DNA of 63,867 nt, the filler included, from Chiloscyllium plagiosum (Eukaryota): assembly GCF_004010195.1 (NCBI RefSeq). It is 4 parts of one record of this genome, joined end to end, with 100 filler letters (N's around TTAATTAATTAA, not from the genome) between each part and the next. Parts side by side here need not be neighbours in the genome. Positions count along the whole stretch, not along the records: positions 1 to 28,218 come from NC_057715.1; positions 28,319 to 50,820 come from NC_057715.1; 2 more parts are not named here. One strand, written 5' to 3'. Positions within the stretch are counted from its first letter, which is position 1. Every line of letters starts with the position of its first letter. Below, in pieces: positions 26,113 to 39,165 of the stretch. Position numbers and translations under genes: made by a program. Under the pieces are notes generated by a model that was given only the letters and a program-made list of their open reading frames with translations, had not been told where the DNA came from and ran no database searches.

Positions 26113-27212
26113 GGAGTCATAGAGATGTACAGCATGGAAACAGACCCTTCAGTCCAACTCATCCATGCAGATCAGATATCCTAAGTTAATCTAGTCCCAT
26201 CTGCCAGCACCTGGCCCATATCCCTCTAAACCCTTCCTATTTATATACCCATCCAGATGACTTTTAAATGTTGCAATTGTACCAGTCTCCACCACATCCT
26301 CTGGCAGGTCATTCCATACACATACCCACTCTCTGTGTGAAAAAGTTGCCCCTTAGGTCCCTTTTAAATTTTTCCCTCTCACCTTAAACCTATGCCCTCT
26401 AATTTTGGACTCCCCAACGCCGGGGAAAAGACCTTGTCTATTTATCCTATCCACGTCCCTCATAATTTTATAAACCTCTATAAGGTCACCCCTCAGCCAC
26501 ACTCCAGGGAAAATAGCCCCAGTGTATCCAGCTTCTCCCTGTAGCTCAAACACTCCAACCCTTGCAACATCCTTGTCGATCTTTTCTGAACCTTTTCACA
26601 TTTCACAACACCCTATCGATAGGAGGGAGTCCAGAATTGCATGTCGTATTCCAAAAGTGGCCTAACCAGTCTCCTGTACAGCCAGAAAATGATATACCAA
26701 CTCCTGTACTCAATGCACTGACCAATAGAGGCAAGTATATCAAATGCCTTCACTATCCTATCTATCTCTAACTCCAATTTCAAGGAACTGTGAATCTGTA
26801 TCTAAGGTCTTTTTGTTCAGCAACACTCCCAGGACCTTACCATTAAGTGTGTAAGTCATGCCCTGATTTGCTTTTCCAAAATGCAGCTCCTCCCATTTAT
26901 CTAAATTAAACTCCATCTGCCTCGCCTCAGCCCATTGGCCCATCTGATCAAGATTCCTTTGTACTCTGAGGTAGCCTTCTTATTATTAACCATACCTCCT
27001 ATGTTCACATCCACATCACTTATATAAATAATGAAATCAGTGGATCCAGCACAGATCCTTGTGGCACAGCGCTGGTCACCAGTTTCCAGTCCAAAACGCA
27101 ATTCTCCACCACCACCCTCACCTTCTGCCTTTGACCCAGTTCTGTATCCAAATAGCTAGTTCTCCCTGTATTCCATGTGATTAAACCTTGCAAACCATGA
27201 GGAACCTTGTCA
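26113..27212 (-). mobile_element. HER1/CR1 LINE 3' fragment (RT to tail)
   Basis: LRGDLIEVYKIMR, QWAEARQMEFNLDK, tail as at 2697. Confidence 0.9.
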
Positions 27213-27296
27213 AGTTTGGGAAGTAGGTAAGTGCTGCATTTTGCTTGTTGTATTCTTTAGACCCAGTTTTTTTTAAAAAAGGTTACTTTCAGAGGG

Positions 27297-28218
27297 ATGG
27301 CAGTGAAGGCAGTGCAATGTTCCTCTTGCAACATGTTTGAGGTGAGGGATGCCATGGATGTCCCTGCTGATTACCCTTGCAGGAAGTGCACCCATCTCCA
27401 GCTCCTCCAAGACCGTGTTAGGGAACTGGAGCTGGAGTTGGATGAACTTAGGATCATTCGGGAGGCAGAGGGGGTCATAGATCGGAGCTTTAGGGAAGTA
27501 GTAACTCCAAAGATGGCAGATAGATGGATGACAGTGAGGGAGACTGGGAAGAAGCAGCCAGTGCAGGGACCCCTGCGGCCGTTCCCCTCAAGAACAAGTA
27601 TACCGTTTCGGATACTTGTGGGGGGGGACGACTTACCAGGGGCAAGTAACGGGGCACAGGCCTCTGGCACGGAGCCTGTCCCCGTTACTCAGAAGGGAAG
27701 GGTGAAGAAGAGCAGAGCAGTAGTAATTGGGGACTCGAAAGTTCGGGGCACAGATAGGCGGTTTTGTGGGAACGAGAGAGACTCACGTTTGGTATGTTGC
27801 CTCCCAGGTGCAAGGGTACGTGATGTCTCTGATCGTCTTTTCCGGGTCCTGGAGGGGGAGGGGGAGCAACCCGAAGTCGTGGTCCACATTGGCACCAACG
27901 ACATAGGTAGGAGGAGTGCCGAGGATGTTAGACAGGCTTTCAGGAAGCTAGGTTGGAAGCTCAGAGTTAGAACGAACAGAGTTGTTGTCTCTGGTTTGTT
28001 ACCCGTGCCACGTGATAGAGATTCGAGGAATAGGGAAAGAGAACACTTAAATGCGTGGCAACAGGGATGGTGCAGGAGGGAGGGATTCCGGTTTTTGGAT
28101 AACTGGGGTTCTTTCTGGGGAAGGTGGGACCTCTATAAACAGGATGGTCTACACCTGAAACTGAGGGGCACCAGTATCCTTGGGGGGAGGTTTGCTAGTG
28201 CTCTTGGCGGGGGTTTAA
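27297..28218 (+). mobile_element. CR1 LINE ORF1 (zinc finger-leucine zipper-SGNH esterase), young copy truncated by the gap
   Basis: CxxC...CxxC, coiled coil LQDRVRELELEL, IGDS, HIGTND, DGLH motifs in an open frame of about 307 codons. Confidence 0.9.
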
Positions 28219-28318
28219 NNNNNNNNNNNNNNNNNNNNNNNNNNNNNNNNNNNNNNNNNNNNTTAATTAATTAANNNNNNNNNNNNNNNNNNNNNNNNNN
28301 NNNNNNNNNNNNNNNNNN
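28219..28318. other. Assembly gap / artificial contig linker
   Basis: N44-TTAATTAATTAA-N44; stop codons in all six frames. Confidence 0.98.
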
Positions 28319-28536
28319 CCCTGTGGAACACCACTCACCACAGACTTCCAGGCAGAATATTTTCCTTCTACTACTACTCGGTGTCTTCTGTTGGACAGCC
28401 AATTCTGTATTCAGACAGCTATGTTCCCCTGAATCCCATTCCTCCTGACCTTCTGAATGAGCCTACCATGGGGGATGTCATTTCCTGTTCGTTTTCTGAG
28501 GGGTTGATAGATGGTATCTAGATCTATGCGTTTAAA

Positions 28537-29053
28537 GTTTGTGCGAAGATTTGTAGCTTGGGTGCTCGTTGTTGTGGTTCTGTTCGCCGGGCTGGAAGTT
28601 TTTGTTGCAAACGTTTCGTCCCCTGGCTAGGTGACATCATCAGTGCTTGGGAGCCTCCTGCGAAGCGCTTCTTTGGTGTTTCCTCCGGTGTTTATAGTGG
28701 TCTGTCCCTGCCGCTTCTGGTTGTCAGTTTCAGCTGTCCGCTGTGGTGGTTGGTATATTGGGTCCAGGTCGATGTGTTTGTTTGTGGATGAATGCCATGC
28801 CTCCATCAACAAACACATCGACCTGGACCCAATATACCAACCACTACAGCGGACAGCTGAAACTGACAACCGGAAGCGGCAGGGACAGACCACTATAAAC
28901 ACCGGAGGAAACATCAAAGAAGCGCTTCGCAGGAGGCTCCCAAGCACTGATGATGTCGCCTAGCCAGGAGACGAAACGTTTGCAACAAAAACTTCCAGCT
29001 CGGCAAACAGAACCACAACAACGAGCACCCGAGCTACAAATCTTCGCACAAAC
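28537..29053. mobile_element. Near-perfect palindrome of a Penelope 3' end/pLTR (family H3) with two hammerhead motifs
   Basis: 246-bp arms 28537-28782 / 28808-29053; EAWHS..INKHIDLDPIY Penelope endonuclease C-terminus; CTGATGA...GAAACGTT at 28944-28983 (+) and 28607-28646 (-). Confidence 0.9.
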
Positions 29054-29769
29054 CTTGCTTCAACTATTAGCTGTAGCTCTATCCCTGTTGTGTAGAAGTC
29101 TCACTCTCACCTTGTTAACCCTCAAGTGAGGCAGCATTTGTGGAGAGAAGGCAGAGTTAATGTTTTGGGTCCAGTGATGCTTTTTCAGAATTCACTCTAT
29201 AAAGAAGACCCTACTTCAGAACTCTGCATTTTCCCTGCAGTTTTTGGTTTTCTGATTTTGAACATCTGCAGTTCTTTTTTATCATAATATGACAACAACA
29301 TTTAAAAAAAACACCAAACCCAGAAGATTTACATCAATATTTACAAACATTTTAGTACAGGTTGTCTACTATAACACACATTTTGTTAATACAAATTTGC
29401 TATAACATGATTGATGAATTGGGTACTCTGTTTCTACAGCCCAAACTTTTAAAGTGTGGATTGATTAAAACATCATTTGGCTCCATTAGTTTATATGGTG
29501 CTGCTATTGCGTGTTGTTCTTATAACACAGGGTTGCACGAGAACAGAAATATAGCAGAACCGATTATGTCAAAAAGAAGTTTTTTTTTTTTTTTCTCCAT
29601 TTGCTCACTCAAAGGGCTTCAAATTATATTGTGAAAAATGCTACAATAGTTTATTAAACATTATGTGCACCTGAATTATTTGTGACATTTAACTCCATTC
29701 TGACTGGCATCACGTCATGTCATTAAATCATAATTATGACATTAATCTTGTTAAATTTGTGTTCTGCAG

Positions 29770-29931
29770 ATAATGAATTTTGTACCTAATGAAGACACAA
29801 GTCACGTGGATTCACTATCAACTTCGGGTGACACAGCCTCTGCAGATCCACTTTCAGTTAGCACGAGGACTCCTAGTCTGGAGGTTTCTCTGGCTGATGA
29901 AACAAACCAGCAGGTGGCAGGGAGATCAAAG
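29770..29931 (+). CDS. FRY: FRY (furry homolog) exon, acidic Ser/Thr-rich region (IMNFVPNEDTSH...STRTPSLEVSLADETNQQVAGRSK)
   Basis: ttctgcAG acceptor; in-frame donors at 29914 (GTGGCA) or 29932 (GTGAAG); phase 0 matches the next exon. Identity inferred from linkage to downstream FRY exons. Confidence 0.65.
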
Positions 29932-30899
29932 GTGAAGGGGCTTTGGTGGTACCCTAATGAATGGTCATGATAACTAAGTATTTCCAGATTTATTCTCTGT
30001 GTTTATAATAATCTTGGGAGTAGGTGGTATGGGTAATCTTTGACTTTGGTGGCTTGCTTGTGTGTGGATATGCATGTTGTTGCAACCTTTTGTTGATTTT
30101 CTTGACATCAGAATTGGATCATTAAGGAGTTTGCACTTTAACAATATAATTATTGAAAATTGCCTGTTGCTAATTTATACTAATTTATTTCACAACAAAA
30201 CTTGATTTTGAATAGCTTCTATGATCACGAAAAAACCTTTGAAGGGGTTGAGGCTACCCTTTATCCTGTTAACCATATGTTCATATCCAAATTATGAATA
30301 ACTGCATTTGCAATATTAATTCTGTGGTGGCTGGGAGAATACTCTCTTGCTGTAAAGCCATTCTGCTGGTATCCAACCAAAATATTACACTGTTCAAAAA
30401 CGATTAATGTCACGCACAAGTGGATACAGTCAACAGTCCAGTGATGACATGGTTACTGTTTCTGACATAAAGGTTGGTGAGAGATAACATATACTTTCTA
30501 AGTACATAAGAATATATAGCAAGAATAATTATTTAAGGGAATATTTATATCTGAAAGATAAAAAAGGATTGGTTGAAGCATTGTTCTTATTCTAAGTTTT
30601 TTAATTTGCACAATACATTGGCATATTAAACATTGTGTTTAATGTGTATTTTACTTAATTTCTATTATTTTCTTATTTATTCATATGAGAAATGATAGCA
30701 GTTTTTTACTGTTTGACAAAATTTTCTGAATATTAAATTGGATTTCTGGAACTCTGTGCTGCTTACTGCTGTTGATAAAACTGAAGATTTTCCTATGATG
30801 TTCATCCACCCCATGGGAAATCTGACTGCTAACAGCAGCATAGGCAGTGGGAAGCATGTAAAAAGAGATCAGGGAAAATACAATGAAATATTGAATAGG

Positions 30900-31800
30900 A
30901 AAAACACAGTTACTCAGGGATTGAGCATTTTTAAGCATTTACAATTGCATAAAATATGTCCTGGACTTGGAGAAGGCCATCAAAAGGCCATAATTTTCTA
31001 GCACATCTGTTTAGAGGCAAGTTGCTGGAAGATTGGAGAACTGCTAACGTTATTGTTTGGAAATGATCGGTTGAGTAATAGGTCAGCCGAACTTCAGTAG
31101 TGGGCAATTATTTGGAAAGTGTTCATCATCTTTTAAAAAGGCATAGATTAATCAAAGGTGGCTAGTATGAACGTGTTATGGGAAGATTGTGTGGCTTGAT
31201 TGAATTTTTTGAATAGGTAACAAGGAAAGTCAGTGATGGTAGGGTAACTGATGTAGTCGACATATTAGCAAAGTTTTTGACAAATAGTAGGTGATCAGAA
31301 AAGTAAACATACTTGGGATGGGACATTGGGAAACTAAATCCAAAACTGATTCAATGTTAGGTGATGAGTCTTTCTGTGGCTGGAAGGCCGCTTCCAGTCG
31401 GGATACAGAAAGCCAAAAAAGGTCATCAGCTTTCTGTGCAAGTATTAATGAAATAGAGTTGAATGTAGGCTGCATGATTGTGAGGTTGGGAATGATACAA
31501 AAGTTTACGGTGTAGTCAGTGGCGAATAAGAAAGCTGTAAACAACAGAAAATATGAGTGGTCTTGCAAAACTTGGAAAATCAAATTCAATTTAGAAGTGT
31601 GAGGTAATGCCTTTAGAGAGAGAAACAGGACAAAAGAAATATACCATAAATAACAGAATTCTGAGACATGTAGAGGAACAGTGGGAACTTGGCAGGTGTA
31701 TGCACAGATCTGTACTGCATACAGTTCTGGTCCCACTGCAAGAGGAATGAAATAACACTAGAGGTGGTGCAGAAAGATTTACGAGGATGGTAGCAAATGG
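30900..31800 (+). mobile_element. Old CR1 ORF2 remnant
   Basis: Decayed DWRTANV, LIEFFE, SKVFDK motifs. Confidence 0.6.
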
Positions 31801-31875
31801 CAGTAAACTGATCAAAGTAACTTTAAATATCACAAAGAGGAGCAGGCCAGAGACAGAAGTTGATCTGTAAGATAG

Positions 31876-32110
31876 ACAAGGTCAGAAATCACATGATACC
31901 AGGTTATAGTCCAGCAGGTTTGTTTGAAATCACAAGCTTGCAAAGCACAGTTCCTTCATCAAGTGAAGTGTGGTAAATGGAGTGACTTCACCAAACGAAA
32001 GTGCAGTGCTCCAAAAGCTTGTGATTTCAAATAAACGTATTGGACCACAACCTGGTGTCGTGTGACTTCTGACCTTGTCGAGCCCAGTCCAACATCGCAT
32101 GTCCACATCT
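31876..32110. mobile_element. Palindromic Penelope pLTR cassette (H2-related, decayed hammerhead)
   Basis: Inverted arms about 31876-31960 / 32000-32078; flanking direct repeat TAAGATAG (31868-31875 / 32111-32118). Confidence 0.75.
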
Positions 32111-32330
32111 TAAGATAGGCATATAGCCCAGAATTAAAATGCCAATTTTTGATGACAAAAATGTCCTGGAATTTGAAGCCAAGTTCAAATCCCCATAATA
32201 CTGGAGACATTTAGTTCTTGCATTGTTAATCACTGTAATTCACACATAAAAGCGATATACATTCTAAAGTATACAAAAAAGTATTTCATTACATGTTTCT
32301 AATTCTTAAACTTTACAACTTTTATTTTAG

Positions 32331-32479
32331 GAGATTGAATTCATGACTGAGGAAGATGAACTTTCTGGATCTACAAGTGAACTTCCGTCAGCTCTTGAGG
32401 GCAATGATAGCTTCAGCCTTGAAATTACAGAGCCAGAAGAAAAGGGTGATGGAGATGTTGATCAGCTGGGGCTGTCAAG
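32331..32479 (+). CDS. FRY: FRY exon (EIEFMTEEDELSGSTSELPSALEGNDSFSLEITEPEEKGDGDVDQLGLS)
   Basis: ttttattttAG acceptor, GTTAGT donor, phase 0/2; ELP..E..DSFSL..TE.EEKG matches vertebrate FRY. Confidence 0.85.
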
Positions 32480-32589
32480 GTTAGTTAAACTTCACATTGT
32501 CCTCAATACATTTGTGTTTAAGATTATTGTCAATGTAGTTAGTTCAGCAAAGTAGTAGTGATAATGAAAATGCCTGTAGATGTCAGAAT

Positions 32590-33345
32590 GTGTTATAGTG
32601 ATAAAATAGATGCATGACAGGTAAAAAATGAAATGATGCACTTTTGAGAGGACTAATATAGAAAGATTTTATACTGTGAGCTAATAACGTCCACTTAAGG
32701 AAAGTGTAAGTTGCGCATATTCACCAATTGTTAAAAGCAGCATGGCAAGTTGATAAGGTGATTTTTGTTTAAAAAAGTGTTCCTTGGATTTATAAATTGG
32801 ACATAGAATATAAAATCAGTAAAACTTCACCTGAAGTGTTGTCGACAGTTCTGGGTGCAATACATTTTAGGAAAGCTGACTTAGGGTATAGAATATGTTC
32901 ACCAGAATGTTGCTAGGAATGATTAACTTCAGTTGCGAGAGGAAGGAAAAATTGGGACTGTTCTCTTTAACACAAATAAATTAAGAGGCAACCTAACTGA
33001 AGTGCTGAAAATGATGTAATGTTTAATCATCTCTTCTTTCAAAAAAGTGTTTCCTTGAATGAGTATAGAATTAACTAAATGATATAGATTTAAAATCATT
33101 GGCAAAAATCTAGGATTGGAGGAGAAATTGAGAATTTCTTAGCTCAAGTTGTTGTTGGAATCTGGAATGGTTTACTGAAAATTTGATGGAAAGTTCCTTC
33201 CATGAATAATTTTACAAGGGAGTTTGACAGGTACTTAAGGATGAAGAATCGACAGATTGCAGACAAAATGTCAGAGAATGTGACTAAGCCCAACTGTTTA
33301 ATACAAGCATGAAAGATCTGCATTTGTGCTGTATGCTACTATGAT
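32590..33345 (+). mobile_element. Old CR1 3' remnant
   Basis: Decayed ttaagaggcaacctaactgaagtg and ggaatctggaatggttta CR1 C-terminal motifs. Confidence 0.55.
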
Positions 33346-34062
33346 TCTAATATATTTTAGAAGATAAAACATGAAATTAGTTGAAGCTCTAAATTATCCA
33401 TCAACTTCCATTCAACAGTAAGCATTCAAATCATCAATTATAAAGTAAAACCTTTATTTTACAAAGCTAAAGTCAATTTATTTCAAATTGAGTCCAAACA
33501 AAAGAATCAGAAAACTTATAGAAACCCAGTTGTTTCAACCTATCTATATTTAAGACCAGGAAATTAATAATGCAGCCCTTCACTGAGTCTTTTCCAAAAT
33601 TTCATTCTTACTCATTATTTGAGGTCAAATCAAAATGTTCTGCAAGGACAGAGTACTATGTAAATGTATCTGACACCTCCAATGGTTGCATTATAATTTC
33701 TTGGCACTGGTGAACAACTTTCTTTAGAGCTGTGCCTACATGTTTTGTTCTTTCATCACTAGCTGTTGATATCTGTTACACTCCTCCTTTCTGCTCAATA
33801 TAATTTCAAAATTATCAACATGAAGGTGAAGATTAACGAATGAGTGTTTTATGTTGGCATTCTCACTCATCTCCAGCAATACTGCACATTCCAGGATTGA
33901 ATAGGAAATGTAATTTTTGATTTGCTCTTTATTCTACTATCAGTTACCTGTTTTAAACCAAGCTTGTCAGAGACTGGAACAGAAGCTAAGTGAGTATGAA
34001 ATAGCACAGTCCAAGCTAAGCAATCCAAGAGTGGAAGAGGGACTAGCAAGCCCCAGACTTGA

Positions 34063-34419
<357 letters not shown>

Positions 34420-35249
34420 TGAAGTACAATATTTACATCCTCTCTGAACATGAACATTCTATTTCCAATCTTGTAAAGTGTTATGAATGGATAGCAAAAC
34501 TGAAGGCATTGCTTGTATCAAAAATATGACTAAATTATTTATTTAACTGATAATTTTGTGTAAGTATTTTTGTTATGATCCTAGCTGACAGAAATACTGG
34601 ACACATCAGATCCTGGAATGAAACCTGGTTTGGTGGATCAGAAGCTCAGTTTTGTAGTTGTTTACCATACTGCTAATTTACAAAATATAATCAAACAAGG
34701 ATGCCGATCTTCATTGACAAAATAATATAAGTTTATTACACAAAAGAAAATTCCAGTGATTTGTCATTTCTATCTTAACTCTTGAATTTCTTAACTATCT
34801 CTTTCTAATTTATATGGTCTAGAAGCTTTTGATTAGATTAGGTTCGATTCCCTACAGTGTGGAAACAGGCCCTTCAGTTCTGATGCTGAAACCACTTCTC
34901 AGTTCTGACAGCTTGAAAATATCCTCGCAAAATATCACAGCTTAGAGATTTCACAGGCAAAAACCCTATTAGGACAAAACTGTTCTGACTGGAACTTGAT
35001 CCTGAACTGAAACCTATCAGTGGCCTATGGTCTGTTTCCTCCGTATGTCATAAAGGTTCAACCTTGTAAACACTTCATCAATTAATAGGTTCCTGATAGG
35101 GACTGAACTGAAATGATATGTTTTCTTGAAAATAATGTTTCCAGTTTACTATTACAAATTATTTTATGACTTTTTTTTTAAAAGTTGCATTCACAGAACT
35201 GAAATCACTTGCCTTTTTTGTCTATTCATACATTGTGTGTAGGCTTCTC

Positions 35250-37225
35250 TGTCTCAGCCCGCATTTATTGCCCATCTTCAACTTTCTTTGAGAAGGTGAT
35301 CGTAAGCTACCTTCTTGAACTCCTAAAGTTGATGTGATTGTACCTACAACAAAATGTTAGGGAGTTCTGGGATTTTGACCTAGAGACAGTTGATGAACAG
35401 CGATCGAGTTCTAAGTCAGCATGAGTGGCTGGAGGGGAGTGTGCATATGCTGATGTTTCCATATATCTACTGCCCTTGTCCTTCCAGATGGTAGCAATCA
35501 TGGTTTAGGAAGATGCTGTCTAAGGAACTATAGTTCATTTCTGCAGTGCGTCTTGCAGCTGGTATACACTGCTGACACTCTGCCTCAGTGGTGGTGAGAG
35601 AGAATGCGACTCCATCCAGAAACAATCAGGGTGATAGCTTTGTTCTGGATGGTGTCAAACTTCTTAAGTATTGTTGGAGCTCCACTCATCCAGGCAGGTG
35701 GGAAGTTTCCATTATACTTATGGCGTGCCTTGTAGGTACTGGACAGTCTTTGGGGAGTCAGGATGTGAGTTCGACATTGCAGGATTCTTAGTCTCTTAAA
35801 TGCTGTTGTCTTCACAGTAGTCATGCTACCAGTCTGGTTCAGTTTCAGAAGGGCATGTGCCCGAAACGTCGAATCTTCTGTTCCCTAGATGCTGCCTGAC
35901 CTGCTGTGCTGTTCCAGCAATAAAGTTTCAACACTGATGCTATTAAATGTCATGAAGCAATAGTTAGATTCTCTCTTGTTGGAAATGGCCGTTGCCTGAC
36001 ACTGGTGTGGCACAAATGTTGCTTACCATTTGTCAACCCAAACCTGAATATTGTCTAGGTATTGCTGAATTTGAAAATAGACTGCTTCAGTATCTGAAAA
36101 ATCATGAATAGAATTGAACATTATGTAATCATCAATGAATATGTCCACTTATGACCTTATGGTGGAGGAAAGTTAATTGATGAAGTACGTGAAGATGTTG
36201 GCCATTGGGCACTATCCTGAGGAACCCCTGCAGATGTGTCCTGAAGCTGAAATGACTAGCATTCAAAAACTACACTATGTTCCTTTGTGCTAGTTATGCC
36301 CCTAACCAGCTAGATGTGTTTGAATTCCATCTCATTTAGCACAGTGGTAGTGCAACACAATATAATAGAGAGTGTCCTCAGTGTAAAGATAGGACACCAT
36401 CTCTACAAGGACTGTTGGTGGTCATCCCTACTGACGCTGTTGGGATGCAACTGTAGCAGGGAGATTGGTGAGGAAAGGTCAAGTACGTTTGCCCTCCTTC
36501 ATCACGTCCTGCAAACCCAGTTGAGCAGTCATTTCCTTTATGACTCAACCAGCTTGGTCAGTCGTGGTGCTGGTGATCAGCAGTAAGTTTCCTTCCCCAT
36601 GGTTGGCATTTTACCACAAGACTTTGTGGGATATGGGGATCAACGTTGAGGACACCCAGAGCAACTCACTCTCAGCTACAGGTAACTGTGGCACCACATG
36701 CAAAGTCTCTGGATCATACCCAGGTATGGTGCTTGTATTGTCTGGGATTGTGTGTAAAGTATTTTTCTGTGAATATGACTATGTCAGGCTTTTGCTTGAC
36801 TGGCAGCTCTCCCAACTTTGGCATTAGCCCCCAGATGTCAGTAAGGAGGTATTTGCAGGGTCGACAGAACTGTGTCTTTTATTGTCATTTCCAGTCCCTA
36901 GTTCAATGCCAGGTGATTCATACGATTTCATTTCTTTTTTGAGACATTTTACAACTGACTGTATTGCTCAGTCATTTCAGAGGATAGATAAGAATCTGTG
37001 GATGTGGAATCACATGTAGGCCAATGAAGGTAAGGATGCCAGTTCCCTTTTCTAAAAGATGTTACTGAATCAGATGAGTTTTTATGATAAACGGTGATGA
37101 TTACATGGTCATCATTAGACTCTTAAGTAATTTGTTTTTATTCAAAATCGAACCAGGTTCCCTGGAATGTCAGCTTGATATCTGTATTACTAGTCCAGCA
37201 ACAATGCATCATGCCATTGCTCCCA
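35250..37225 (-). mobile_element. Old CR1-type LINE fragment(s), with an H1 hammerhead-element fragment at 35846-35932
   Basis: Same family as 1480-2480 (LKKFDTIQNKA); nested gggcatgtgcccgaaacgtcgaatc. Confidence 0.7.
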
Positions 37226-37707
37226 TGTATTTAATCTTCACAGTCCAATTTCCAAAATGATAAGATATTTTACACATCTTTATTGAAAGTGAAATTTTGA
37301 CTTTTTCTACATTTTCCTTAAGCGTTTTAACAGATTTTCTTATGGTATTGCTTTGCTTTCAAAACTAACATTTGCCTTTGTAGATGCGTACTGTCTTCAT
37401 GAATATTTATCATAATAGCTGTAAAATACTGGAATATTAAATCTGCCAAATCCCCCAGTTATCTCCACTGTTTCCTAAGCTCCTAATGTACCTTTATCAT
37501 GTACACCCAATTCCTCTGAGGCAACTTTATTGGCAACAAAGCCAGCATGCACACCCCTGACTCGCCTTTAGGTGCTGATACTGAAGTATAATATACTGGT
37601 CTCCAGCTAGATGGTTGCAGGTTTCAACTGTGGAGCAAAGGCCAGCGTATTGGGTTGAACTCCCAAAGAAATGCCCACAACTGTATTGTTAAAGAAAACA
37701 TGCACAG

Positions 37708-38000
37708 CAGTGGTTTTCAACCAGTGTGCCACAGTAAAGCAAATTCATTCAAATGTGCTGTGAACCTTTGTATAAAAGTAATGAATACTGACATAGAATA
37801 ATATGCTATCCAAACAAAATTACAACTCATAAAACTCATGAAAATTAATCATCAAATTAAAAGCAAGGCTATTGTTTTTTTTATTTGAAGACCTAACATT
37901 CTAAACATATATGGACAAAGGACAAAATTGAGATGACATGAAAAAAGTGCGTGTGTCTCATTGAAGGGTGCCATATTACTGAAAAGGTTGGGAATCACTA
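37708..38000. mobile_element. hAT-Charlie-like MITE
   Basis: TIRs CAGTGGTTTTCAACC / GGTTGGGAATCACTA; partially matching 8-bp flanks (atgcacag / acctacag). Confidence 0.65.
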
Positions 38001-38976
38001 ACCTACAGATCTCCTAATTTAAGGGGACAAAGGAAAATTAGTTCTTGGGTCTCAGCATCATACTGAATATGAGCTGCTGCATTAGTTATTGGTTGTAAGA
38101 TTGGCATGCCAATTTTTATCCTATAACCATTTGCAATTTTTAAAAAGTTTTTCTTCCTTCTTACACTATCCTTTTGTGATTTTTCATATCCCAGTGAGAA
38201 GAAATGCTAGCTGGTTTCAGCTTTTTTTTATTTTGTTCATGTGATATAGTTATTGCAGACTAGACTATTTATTTTCGGTGATACTGGGCTCTCCTTGAAC
38301 TGTAGCATTCCTGAGGCATAGAGGCACCCACTGCACTGTTGGGTTGAGGTTCCAGGATTTTGGCCCAGCAGTAATGAAGGAATGGTGATATAATTCCAAT
38401 TCAGGATAGTATGTGGCTTAGAGGTGGTGGCATTCCCATGTGTCTGCTGCCTTTGATCTTTTGGGCTTCTGCAATGCTTTCCTGTAACTGCCTTCTGGGA
38501 TCCCATGAGTGGATTAAGATTTTTTCTTCACTTTCCATGACAAAGTGTCAAATCATTCCAGAAAAACCTAGTAATGAAACTATTGAGTTACCATGTTGAA
38601 TAAACACAATACCTGGAATGTTTGATGTTCCTTCCATGTGCTATGCAACAATATGACTCCTGAGCTTCAGTTCTAGATACAAATACAGAGTAATGAAAAA
38701 AAAGACTATTGTAATTGTCAACTTTAGGGATGGGAAAACAATCAAAAGTAGATATAAAACAAAATCAGAAAATGCTGAAGAAACTCAAAAGGTCACTAGA
38801 CTCCAAACATTAACTCTGCTTTCTTCTCGCAGATACTGCCAGACCAACTGAATTTCTCCAGCAATTTCCATTTTTGTTTCAGATTTCCAATATCTGCTGT
38901 TCTTTGTTTTATATTATTGTGGAAACAGATATAAATTTATTGAACCAGAAATTGTAAACAGAGACAGCCATAATGA

Positions 38977-39165
<189 letters not shown>

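Noticed and set aside
28263..28274. TTAATTAATTAA as a biological motif
   Set aside because: Centred in N runs three times; synthetic spacer.
28627..28963. Two near-identical overlapping ORFs on opposite strands
   Set aside because: Automatic consequence of the palindrome; not a bidirectional gene.
29357..29560. Possible Tigger/Tc1-mariner MITE
   Set aside because: Resembling internal motifs but no matching second TIR found.
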